A stretch of 64,000 nt of DNA. Source: Pseudomonadota bacterium (GTDB lineage: Bacteria; Pseudomonadota; Gammaproteobacteria; Steroidobacterales; Steroidobacteraceae). The stretch spans positions 18,968 through 82,967 of the forward strand of contig JAEYUC010000051.1 in NCBI GenBank assembly GCA_023433705.1, written 5' to 3'. The notes under the pieces were generated by a model. It made no database searches. It was not told where the DNA came from and was given only the letters and a program-made list of their open reading frames with translations. The position numbers and the translations under genes are program-made. Of the stretch, positions 40,762 to 48,679 are shown in pieces (position 1 is the stretch's first letter; the number at the start of each line of letters is the position of its first letter).

Positions 40762-41616
40762 TCATTCCTGGCCGTCATCGCTCTCGGCGTCATGCTGCGC
40801 GACAACCTCGATGACGCGCGTGCCCGTGCGTGAAATGCCGGGCACCTGCTTTTCGGGGTTCCACAACTCGCGAACGTGGCCGCTCGGCGACTTCGATTCG
40901 ATCGCGCCGGATTGCGCGTCGACGTAGACGATCGAGCGGTCGGGCAGGCGGGACAACGTGCCGGGCGCCGCCCCGACCGCAACCTGCAGCGGCCCCGCCC
41001 CAGCGTCCTTGAGGATGTGCGGATTCACGATGTCTTCCTGCGCCTTCACCACGCGCCCGTTCGCCTCGTCCAGCTTCCACGCCGGCGAGCTGTTGTTGGG
41101 GAACAGGTAGACCGTCGTGCCGATCACGACGATGCGCGGATTCGTGAACTCGCGCGGCAGCGCGAACGAATCGATCGCGCCGTCCGCGAGCGACATGCGA
41201 TTGAAGTCGAAGTAACCACCCGCGGCATTCGGCTCGAAATCCACGCCGTCCGGCGCGTAACGCACGCTCGCGAAATACGCCGCGTTGCCGACCAGCGCCA
41301 TTTCCTCGGAGGGCCCCAGGATCTGGCTGCCCGGATACAGATCCAGCGTCCACGTGCTGGTGACGGCGCGCGTCGCCTTGTCGACGACGAGTAGTTGGCC
41401 CGTGCCCGCCTTCTTGTCACGCGTGATGATCCCGATCCGGTCCGGCGGATTTGCGTAGATAGTCAGGTCGCCGAGCTCGGCGACCGTCTGCATCCCCTGC
41501 GCGGTCGCGTACACGAGTTCGTAGCGTCCGGACTTGTTGACCAGCAGCCAGCCTTCGGAGGCGTGCAGCGAAGTGGCGAGAAAGGCGAGAGCAACGGCGG
41601 CAAACAGACTCTTCAT
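40762..41616 (-). CDS. secreted hypothetical protein
   Basis: Start at the internal Met, MKSLFAAVALAFLATSLHA (signal peptide). I recognise no family. Confidence 0.5.
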   Translation of the reverse strand: MKSLFAAVALAFLATSLHASEGWLLVNKSGRYELVYATAQGMQTVAELGDLTIYANPPDRIGIITRDKKAGTGQLLVVDKATRAVTSTWTLDLYPGSQILGPSEEMALVGNAAYFASVRYAPDGVDFEPNAAGGYFDFNRMSLADGAIDSFALPREFTNPRIVVIGTTVYLFPNNSSPAWKLDEANGRVVKAQEDIVNPHILKDAGAGPLQVAVGAAPGTLSRLPDRSIVYVDAQSGAIESKSPSGHVRELWNPEKQVPGISRTGTRVIEVVAQHDAESDDGQE

Positions 41617-41693
41617 GGCGGTACCTCTGACGGGTATTGATCCGCGCCTGCGGGCGGCGCCAGACAATCGGCGCCGGGATTATCGCTCCGCCG

Positions 41694-42833
41694 TCAGTCG
41701 TCTTTCATCTGCGCAACCGCGCTGGCCGCGAGCAGGAAGGCGCCGACACCGTAGTACTGCGTGTCCGTTTCCAGCACGTTTTCCGGACGATCGCTGACCT
41801 GCTGCACCCACCCCAGTCGCCCATCCTTCGCGACCGCCCGTTCCAGCGCCTTCCACCCGCTCTCGATCGAGGTGGCGTAATCCTTGGCGTCGAGCAGTCC
41901 CTGGCTCACGCCCCAGGCGAGACCGTATACGTAGAAACCGGTGCCGCTGGTCTCGGGCGGCGACCCCTCCGGGCCTAACAACGACGGCGGCCAGTAGCCG
42001 TCAGGCTTCTGCAGCGCGCGCAGCTTGACGGCCATCTGACCGAACAGGCTCTCGAGCCGCGGTCGCTCCGGATCGTCCTTCGGCAGCGCCTCGAGCATGT
42101 GGGCGACGCCCGCGAACACCCAGCCATTGCCGCGGCTCCAGAACAGCTTGCGGCCTTGTGCGTCGCGGCGTTCGAAGAACCGGCTGTCGCGGAAGTAGAG
42201 CTTCTCGACCGGGTCGTACAGGAAGTCCGTCGCCGCCCAGAACTCCGCCAACGCGAAATCGCGATACCGCGTGTCTCCCGTCTGGCTCGCCAGCTCCAGC
42301 CAGGCGGGCGGGGACATGAATACCGCGTCGCACCAGCACCAGCGCTTCAGGCATTCGGTGGATTCATAGTCCTTCGCCGGCACGAAGCTCAGATGCGCGA
42401 CCGGCGGCGCGCGCAGGATCGAATCGAACCGCTCCTTGAGCGGCAGGATGGCGTCGCTGCCGGCGCCGTTGCGCGCGGCCCAGAGATAACTCTGCCCGAT
42501 CACGTGGTCGTCGGCGTGATAGACGCGCGGGCCGAGGGTCCAGCCATTGGCCTTGCCCTGCGCGAGGATTGCCGTGCGGAAGCGCTTCTCGTTCGTTGCG
42601 TCGGCGAGTCTCGTCATGCCGACCCAGAACGCACCTTTCTGCCAGCTGCGCGGACGTTGAGTTTCTTCGCCGAACGAAGTGACGCCGGCCGGCATCTTCT
42701 CCATGTGCGCGAGCTGCCAGTCGGCGACACGCGATGCGAGGTCGAGCACTTCCTTGCGGGAGTCGGCCGCGGCGACCGTGGCCACGCAGAGGCTCAACAC
42801 GGTGAGCGCGCCGAGAAGGAATGGTTTGTTCAT
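41694..42833 (-). CDS. GH105/GH88-like unsaturated rhamnogalacturonyl/glucuronyl hydrolase
   Basis: 379 aa with a signal peptide. ...WCWCDAVFMSPPAW...FWSRGNGWVFAGVAHMLEAL...GTGFYVYGLAWGV... resembles the YteR-like (alpha/alpha)6 hydrolases. Confidence 0.7.
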   Translation of the reverse strand: MNKPFLLGALTVLSLCVATVAAADSRKEVLDLASRVADWQLAHMEKMPAGVTSFGEETQRPRSWQKGAFWVGMTRLADATNEKRFRTAILAQGKANGWTLGPRVYHADDHVIGQSYLWAARNGAGSDAILPLKERFDSILRAPPVAHLSFVPAKDYESTECLKRWCWCDAVFMSPPAWLELASQTGDTRYRDFALAEFWAATDFLYDPVEKLYFRDSRFFERRDAQGRKLFWSRGNGWVFAGVAHMLEALPKDDPERPRLESLFGQMAVKLRALQKPDGYWPPSLLGPEGSPPETSGTGFYVYGLAWGVSQGLLDAKDYATSIESGWKALERAVAKDGRLGWVQQVSDRPENVLETDTQYYGVGAFLLAASAVAQMKDD

Positions 42834-42913
42834 GGCCGGATACTAGCCGCAATCCAAGGCGCGCCAATGGGACCAATGGTTGGAAAGGTATCGAGCGCGA
42901 GGTGTAGAGGCCC

Positions 42914-43747
42914 GTGCGAAACTTGCAGCGCCCTGCGGGCGAGCGGGACCTCACCAGGCAAACTGGCATTCAGCTCATGGACCTGAATTCCCACGAAGCT
43001 CTGATTCGGCGGCGAGAGGCGGCAACGCTGACGTGGCGCGGCCCGGCACTGATGTTGTTTGCGCGACCAGCTCTTGCCGTGGGAGCGCAAGCGGTTGTTG
43101 CGGCTCTTTTCGCCATCGGAGGTTCGCCGACTCCATGGCACGACGCCGAGCCGTGGCTGCCGGTATACGGGACACTGATCGACGCCGGATGCCTGGCGCT
43201 GCTCTGGCGGCTCACGCGCCGCGAAGGCATCGGCTTGTTCGATCTTGTTGGTTTCGAGCGGGCATCCGTTGTTCGCGATGTGCTGCTCGGGTTCGCGCTG
43301 ATCCCCGTGAGCCTCGTTTTCATTCTCGGTGGCGTCTACGGAGCGGGCTGGCTCGTGTACGGGACGCTTACGCCTCCGTACCTCTTTGGAAGCCTGCCAT
43401 TGCCAGCCGCTCTTTATGGCGTCCTGGTGTTTCCTTTCATCTGGGGGCTGACCGAGCAGATGACGTACAACGGCTATCTACTACCCCGCTTGCAGGTTCT
43501 TTGCCGCGGTACGAGCGTCGCCATCGCGGTCGTGGCGTTCGTCTGGGCAATGCAACACGCGTTCATGCCGTTGACCTTTGATCTGAAGATCATGGCGTTT
43601 CGGCTGTTGTCGGCGGTCCCATTCTCGGTCTTCGTAACGCTCTTGTATCTGCGGCTGCGCCGGTTGGTGCCGCTGATGACTGCGCATGCGCTGATGGATG
43701 GTGCGAGTGTGGTGGTCGGCGTGCTACTTCCGCTGGTCAGGGTATGA
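42914..43747 (+). CDS. CPBP-family intramembrane metalloprotease-like protein
   Basis: Polytopic protein with WGLTEQMTYNGYLLPRL, FVWAMQHAF and AHALMDG motifs, which resemble the CPBP EExxxR / FxxxH / HxxxD pattern. The start may be the internal Met at 42977. Confidence 0.55.
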   Translation: MRNLQRPAGERDLTRQTGIQLMDLNSHEALIRRREAATLTWRGPALMLFARPALAVGAQAVVAALFAIGGSPTPWHDAEPWLPVYGTLIDAGCLALLWRLTRREGIGLFDLVGFERASVVRDVLLGFALIPVSLVFILGGVYGAGWLVYGTLTPPYLFGSLPLPAALYGVLVFPFIWGLTEQMTYNGYLLPRLQVLCRGTSVAIAVVAFVWAMQHAFMPLTFDLKIMAFRLLSAVPFSVFVTLLYLRLRRLVPLMTAHALMDGASVVVGVLLPLVRV

Positions 43748-43778
43748 CTCAGCGGGCAAATGCACCCGGAAACCCGGC

Positions 43779-44513
43779 TCAGATCATCCACCCACCGTCG
43801 ATGACGTGTATCTGTCCGGTCGTGAACCCGGACTCGTCACTCGCGAGATACAGCGCGAGCGCGGCGATTTCCTCGGGCTTGCCGAATCGCCCCATCGGCT
43901 GGCGCGCTTCGAACTCGGCGCGAGTCTTCGCGTAGTCGCCGTACGAATGCAGCCGGGCCTGCAGGGACGGCGTGTCGACCGTGCCGGGGCAGATCGCATT
44001 GCAGCGGATGCCCTGTTCGACGAAATCCGCGGCGACGGATTTGGTCAGCCCGATGACCGCGGCCTTGGTCGCGCCGTACGCGCAGCGATCCGGCACACCC
44101 GTGATCGAACTCGCGACCGAGGACATGTTGATGATCGAGCCGGCGCGCGCGGCGACCATCGCGGGCAGCAGCGCGCGGATCATGTGGAACATCGCGGTCA
44201 CATTGAGCTCGAATGCCGCGCTCCAGTCCGCCGGATCGACCGTGAGCACCGTGCCCTTCGGCACGATGCCCGCGCAGTTGAACAACACGTCGACGTTGCC
44301 CGCGGATTTAGCGAACGATGCGATGGCGGCCGGATCGCGCACGTCGAGCACGTGGCCTTCGCATCCCGAGAGCGTCTTCAGCGCATCGCCGTTGATGTCC
44401 ACCGCGATCACTCGCGCGCCCGCGCGCGCGAAGGCCTCGGCGCTCGCGCGTCCGATGCCGGATCCCGCCGCGGTGACCACCGCGGTCTTGCCCTTCAGCC
44501 GTTCAGATCCCAT
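43779..44513 (-). CDS. SDR-family oxidoreductase (candidate 2-keto-3-deoxy-L-fuconate dehydrogenase)
   Basis: MGSERLKGKTAVVTAAGSGIGRA (TGxxxGxG) ...NMSSVAS...YGATKAAV (YxxxK). The specific substrate role is inferred from the fucose cluster context. Confidence 0.75.
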   Translation of the reverse strand: MGSERLKGKTAVVTAAGSGIGRASAEAFARAGARVIAVDINGDALKTLSGCEGHVLDVRDPAAIASFAKSAGNVDVLFNCAGIVPKGTVLTVDPADWSAAFELNVTAMFHMIRALLPAMVAARAGSIINMSSVASSITGVPDRCAYGATKAAVIGLTKSVAADFVEQGIRCNAICPGTVDTPSLQARLHSYGDYAKTRAEFEARQPMGRFGKPEEIAALALYLASDESGFTTGQIHVIDGGWMI

Positions 44514-45327
44514 AGGTCGTTCGTGCCACGCCGGAGTAGATGGATTCACGCTCGTCGTCGGTGAGCGCGGCGAGCAACGTTTCCGTCGTCCCGCGCCAGT
44601 CATCGTACGAGCAGACGAGTTCGCACACGGGCCAGTCGCTGCCCCACATGAGGCGCCGCGGACCGAACTCCGCGAGCAGGTGTTCGACGCCGTCGCGCAA
44701 TATGGACGCGTCGGCGCTCAGGGCCTCGGTGACCAGGCCCGACAATTTGCACACGATCGGCGTCTCGCGGGCCAGCGCCGAGATATCCTTCTTCCAATCC
44801 GTGATGTCGCCAAACGCGATGGGCGGCTTGGCCCCGTGATCGAGCACCATCACGAGGTCGGGGTAACGCGCGGCCAGTTCGCGCAGCGCGGGCAGGTGCC
44901 GCGGCAACACGAGCGCGTCGAACGTGAGGCCCTGGTCGATCATCGCTTCAAACGCCGGCGCGAGATCCTCGCGCAGCATCCACTCGGTATCGGCGATGTC
45001 CTGGATCATCGGGCGCAGGCCGAGCAGCTTCGGGTCGAGCGCGAGATTCTCGATGACTTCGGGCGCGTTGGCGTCCTCGAAGTTCACCCAGCCGACGACG
45101 CCCGCGATGAACGGATTCTCGCGCGCAAGGGACAGTAGATAGTGCGTTTCCGCCACGGTCGGCGCCGCCTGCACGAGCACCGTCTGCCCGATCCCGGCGC
45201 GTGCGATCGCCGGCGCGAGGTGTTCGGGCAGGAAGTCCCGGTAGATAGCCTCGAGCGCGGGCGACAACCAGCCATAGTCGCCGCGATCGAGGCGCCAGAA
45301 ATGCTGGTGGCTGTCTACGCGGGTCAT
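44503..45327 (-). CDS. amidohydrolase-2 family lactonase (candidate L-fucono-1,5-lactonase)
   Basis: MTRVDSHQHFWRLDRGDYGWL...VLDHGAKPP.... The ATG at 45327 overlaps the upstream stop (TGATG). Confidence 0.75.
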   Translation of the reverse strand: MTRVDSHQHFWRLDRGDYGWLSPALEAIYRDFLPEHLAPAIARAGIGQTVLVQAAPTVAETHYLLSLARENPFIAGVVGWVNFEDANAPEVIENLALDPKLLGLRPMIQDIADTEWMLREDLAPAFEAMIDQGLTFDALVLPRHLPALRELAARYPDLVMVLDHGAKPPIAFGDITDWKKDISALARETPIVCKLSGLVTEALSADASILRDGVEHLLAEFGPRRLMWGSDWPVCELVCSYDDWRGTTETLLAALTDDERESIYSGVARTTYGI

Positions 45328-46349
45328 CACGGCAGTGGCGCGCGCGTGTCCACGAGTTCGCGCTCGCGCAGGCTGCGCCAGAATTCAGGCGGTATCGGGC
45401 GCGCGAACATCGCCGCGCAATTGCGCGACTCCGCGCCGCTCGCGCAGCCGGCGACCACGCTCGCCACCGACGGGTGTCCGAGCGGGAACTGCAGGGCCGC
45501 CGCGGCGAGCGGCACGTCGAATTCTTCGCACGCCTTCTCGAGCAGGCGCACGCGTTCGAGCACCGCCGCGGGCACCGTGGAATAGTTGTAGTGAGACTGC
45601 GCGACCGCGCGCGATCCCGCCGCGAGGATCCCCGAGTTGAACGGTCCGCCGCAGACGATCGACACGCCGCGTTCGGTGCACAGCGGCAGCAGCTCCGCGA
45701 GCGCCGGCTGCTCGAGCAGCGTGTAGCGCCCCGCGAGCAGGATGCAGTCGAACTCGCAGGATCGGAGCAGCTCCACGCACACCTCGCACTCGTTGACGCC
45801 GATCCCGATGGCGCGCACCTGTCCGGAATCCCGCAGCTCGCGCATCGCGCGGTAGCCGCCGTCGAGGAATTCGCGCATGCGGGCCGCGTGTTGCTCGCCG
45901 TGCGTGAGACGGCCGATGTCGTGGCACAGCAAGATGTCCACGCGGTTCACGCCGAGCCGTTCGAGGCTTTCGGCGTGCGAGCGCATCACCGATTCGTAGC
46001 CGTAGTCGAACACCGGCGCGAATGGGCGCGCGGAGAAATAACCTTCGCGCCCCACGCTCGCGTCCTGCGGGCCGGTGGGCACGAGTCTTCTGCCGACCTT
46101 GGTTGAGATCACGGGCGGCGGCTGCTCGCCACGCAATGCCGCGCCGAGACGCAGCTCGCTCAGGCCGAAGCCGTAGAAAGGCGCGGTGTCGAAATACCGC
46201 ACACCGGCGGCGAGGGATTCCTGCACCGATTCGCGGGCCTGGTCGTCGCCGAGCTCGCGGTACAGATTGCCGAGCGGAGCGCTGCCGAACCCCAGCACGC
46301 TGACTTCGAGATCCGTGCGACCGATCGTGCGGCGCGCCAGGGAATTCAT
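45327..46349 (-). CDS. aldo/keto reductase (candidate L-fucose / D-threo-aldose 1-dehydrogenase)
   Basis: Starting at 46349 gives a 340-aa product, MNSLARRTIGRTDLEVSVLGFGSAPLGNLY...YFDTAPFYGFGLSE.... The remainder of track ORF 45327..47537 reads through fucP out of frame. Confidence 0.8.
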   Translation of the reverse strand: MNSLARRTIGRTDLEVSVLGFGSAPLGNLYRELGDDQARESVQESLAAGVRYFDTAPFYGFGLSELRLGAALRGEQPPPVISTKVGRRLVPTGPQDASVGREGYFSARPFAPVFDYGYESVMRSHAESLERLGVNRVDILLCHDIGRLTHGEQHAARMREFLDGGYRAMRELRDSGQVRAIGIGVNECEVCVELLRSCEFDCILLAGRYTLLEQPALAELLPLCTERGVSIVCGGPFNSGILAAGSRAVAQSHYNYSTVPAAVLERVRLLEKACEEFDVPLAAAALQFPLGHPSVASVVAGCASGAESRNCAAMFARPIPPEFWRSLRERELVDTRAPLP

Positions 46350-47635
46350 GCGGTGGTCGCCGGACGGCGCGACGCCCGGGCGAACGCGAACACGACCGCG
46401 AAGCAGACGGCCGGCACGACGTACGCCAGGTTGATGGACGATTTGCTCGACACCCAGCCCATGATCGCGGTGAACACCGCTCCGCCGATGATCGCCATGA
46501 CCAGGAACGACGACCCGGACTTCGTGAAAGGCCCGAGGCCGCGCAGGCTGATCGTGAAGATCGTCGGGAACATGATGGACATGAAGAAGCTCGCCGCGAC
46601 CAGCGCATAGAGGCCGGTCGTGCCACCGGCCGTGACGGCGACGAGGCACAACACGACGTTGATGGCCGCGAAGGCGGCCAGCAGCTTTTCGGCGTTCACG
46701 CGCGACATCAGCAAAGTGCCCATGATCCGGCCCGCGAAGAAGATGCCGAACGAGATCGGCAGCCAGTGCAGGGCGTCCTTCTCGAGGGTTCCCGGGAAGT
46801 TCACCTGCGTGTAACGGATCAGGAAACTCCACACGCCGACCTGCGCGCCGACGTACGCGAATTGCGCCAGGACGCCGAACCAGTAGTGAGGGAAGGCGAG
46901 CAGGCCGCGGAAGCCGCCGGCCTGCGCACCGCCGTCGCGCGGCTCGTCGACCGGCGGAAACTTCACGCAGGCCACGAGCACCGCCCAGCCGATGACCAGC
47001 GCGGCGATCAGCGTGTAAGGTAGTTTGACCGCCGCGAGCTCCGCGGTGCGGAACGCGTCGAGCGCGGCCGGCGTCATCGCGGCGATTTCCTCGGGCGTGT
47101 GGTGCACGTCGGAGAAGATCAGCATGCCGCCGATGGACGAGCCCATCATCGTGCCGACCGGGTTGAAGGTCTGCGCGAAATTCAGGCGCTGGTCGGCGCT
47201 GCCCGCGGGCCCCATCACGGCGATCAGGGGATTCGCCGAGGTCTCGAGGAACGCGAGTCCGCTCGCGATGACGTACAACGCGCCGAGGAACGCGTAGTAG
47301 TGATTGGCGTTGGCGGCCGGCAGGAACAACAACGCACCGGCGCCGTAGAGGCCCAGCCCCAGCAACACGGCGGCTCGATACCCGAAACGCCGCATGAACA
47401 ACGACGCGGGAATCGCGAAACAGAAATAGCCGAAATAGAACGCGGACTGAACCAGGCTCGAGGCGAAGTCGTCGAGCTGGAAGGCCTTGCGGAATTGCGG
47501 GATCAGCACGTCGTTGAGGCTGTTCGCGACGCCCCACATGAAGAACAGCCCGACGATCAGGATCGTCGCGAACAGGTAGCCGGGCGTGATCAGAGCGCGC
47601 CCGGGCGCCGTGGCTTCGAGGGAAGGCGTGTTCAT
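46346..47635 (-). CDS. fucP: L-fucose:H+ symporter-type MFS permease
   Basis: 429 aa, ...LFFMWGVANSLNDVLIPQFRKAFQLDDFASSLVQSAFYFGYF... is typical of the FucP/glucose-galactose transporter family. Confidence 0.8.
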   Translation of the reverse strand: MNTPSLEATAPGRALITPGYLFATILIVGLFFMWGVANSLNDVLIPQFRKAFQLDDFASSLVQSAFYFGYFCFAIPASLFMRRFGYRAAVLLGLGLYGAGALLFLPAANANHYYAFLGALYVIASGLAFLETSANPLIAVMGPAGSADQRLNFAQTFNPVGTMMGSSIGGMLIFSDVHHTPEEIAAMTPAALDAFRTAELAAVKLPYTLIAALVIGWAVLVACVKFPPVDEPRDGGAQAGGFRGLLAFPHYWFGVLAQFAYVGAQVGVWSFLIRYTQVNFPGTLEKDALHWLPISFGIFFAGRIMGTLLMSRVNAEKLLAAFAAINVVLCLVAVTAGGTTGLYALVAASFFMSIMFPTIFTISLRGLGPFTKSGSSFLVMAIIGGAVFTAIMGWVSSKSSINLAYVVPAVCFAVVFAFARASRRPATTA

Positions 47636-48519
47636 GGCAATTCTCCGTTCATGATCTCGGCGGAAATCCTGCGTGCCGCGGCGCGCACGTATTCGAGCGC
47701 GGACGGCATCTCCATCAGCAATGGATTCGAGTGCACGAACGGCACGACGAGCGTGGCGACCGCGGTCTCGCCGCGCAGGATCGGGGCGGCCAGGTCGGTG
47801 ATGCCGCGCACGAAATCGGAGGGGGATTCGTGGTAACCACGCGCGCGGATTGCGTTGGCCCGCTCGACGAACGATTCCGCGGCTTCACCCTTGATCCGGC
47901 AGCGCCTGAGCCATTGCTTGCGCACTTCATCGTCCTGGTACGCGAACAGCAGGAGGCCCGACGTGGCGCGCGAGATTTCGCGCCGGTAGCCGACACGGAC
48001 GGAAAATCCCAGGTCGCCCGGCCTCTCGATGCGCGCGATGACCACGATCTGGTCCTCGGACGCGACCGTCAGGTGGCACGATTGCCCGACGTCCTGCGCG
48101 AGCTGGCGCATGATCGGCAACGCGGTTTCGACCAGCGTGCGCACCGGGGCCTGCGTCATCGCGAGCGCGAACAGTTTGTTCGTGAGGACATAACCCTTGC
48201 CGTCGTCGGCGAGCGTGATGAATCCCTTGAACTCGAGTACCTGCAGCATTCGGAACAACTCGCCGGCCGACCGGCCGAGGCGCTGCGAGATCGCCGAGAG
48301 ATTGAGCGGCGACTTCTCCGCGGCGAGCAGTTCGATGACGTCGAGACCTTTCTCGAGGGCCGGCGCGCGATAACGCGCGGTCTTCGAATCGGTGTCGTCC
48401 GATGAAGTGGAGCGTTGACTGACTTTCGTGTCCATGTGACTCGTCCTTGTCTCGTTGACCGCCGTGTCAAGTTGCGTCGCCGCCGACGCGGGCAAAACCA
48501 CTTGATCTTGGTTTTTCAT
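47632..48519 (-). CDS. IclR-family transcriptional regulator
   Basis: ...ALEKGLDVIELLAAEKSPLNLSAISQRLGRSAGELFRMLQVLEFKGFI... is the wHTH, followed by an IclR effector domain. It heads the fucose operon. Confidence 0.85.
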   Translation of the reverse strand: MKNQDQVVLPASAATQLDTAVNETRTSHMDTKVSQRSTSSDDTDSKTARYRAPALEKGLDVIELLAAEKSPLNLSAISQRLGRSAGELFRMLQVLEFKGFITLADDGKGYVLTNKLFALAMTQAPVRTLVETALPIMRQLAQDVGQSCHLTVASEDQIVVIARIERPGDLGFSVRVGYRREISRATSGLLLFAYQDDEVRKQWLRRCRIKGEAAESFVERANAIRARGYHESPSDFVRGITDLAAPILRGETAVATLVVPFVHSNPLLMEMPSALEYVRAAARRISAEIMNGELP

Positions 48520-48605
48520 TAGAGCATTGTACTTTCATTATAAAAATTAGATCGGGTTGATGGGGGGACTCGAGTGTTGCAGCACCTCAATTTCCCCTGC
48601 CCAAT

Positions 48606-48670
48606 CGCCGGAAGACGAGTCTCGCCGTCTCGCGACGTCGTGTCCCGTCTTCCGGCGCTTTTCATTTTTC
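48606..48670 (+). promoter_or_regulatory. terminator-like hairpin in the leader of the GH31 gene (candidate attenuator)
   Basis: 12-bp perfect stem CGCCGGAAGACG (48606-48617) / CGTCTTCCGGCG (48646-48657), then CTTTTCATTTTTC. It ends 9 nt before the GH31 start codon. Confidence 0.45.
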
Positions 48671-48679
48671 GGGGGATGA

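Noticed and set aside
45327-47537. An apparent 736-aa ORF fusing a transporter-sized N-terminal region to the aldo/keto reductase.
   Set aside because: The N-terminal 395 aa or so are an out-of-frame read across fucP (46346..47635, which has a convincing FucP translation). The reductase starts at Met 46349, with an ATGA-type junction.
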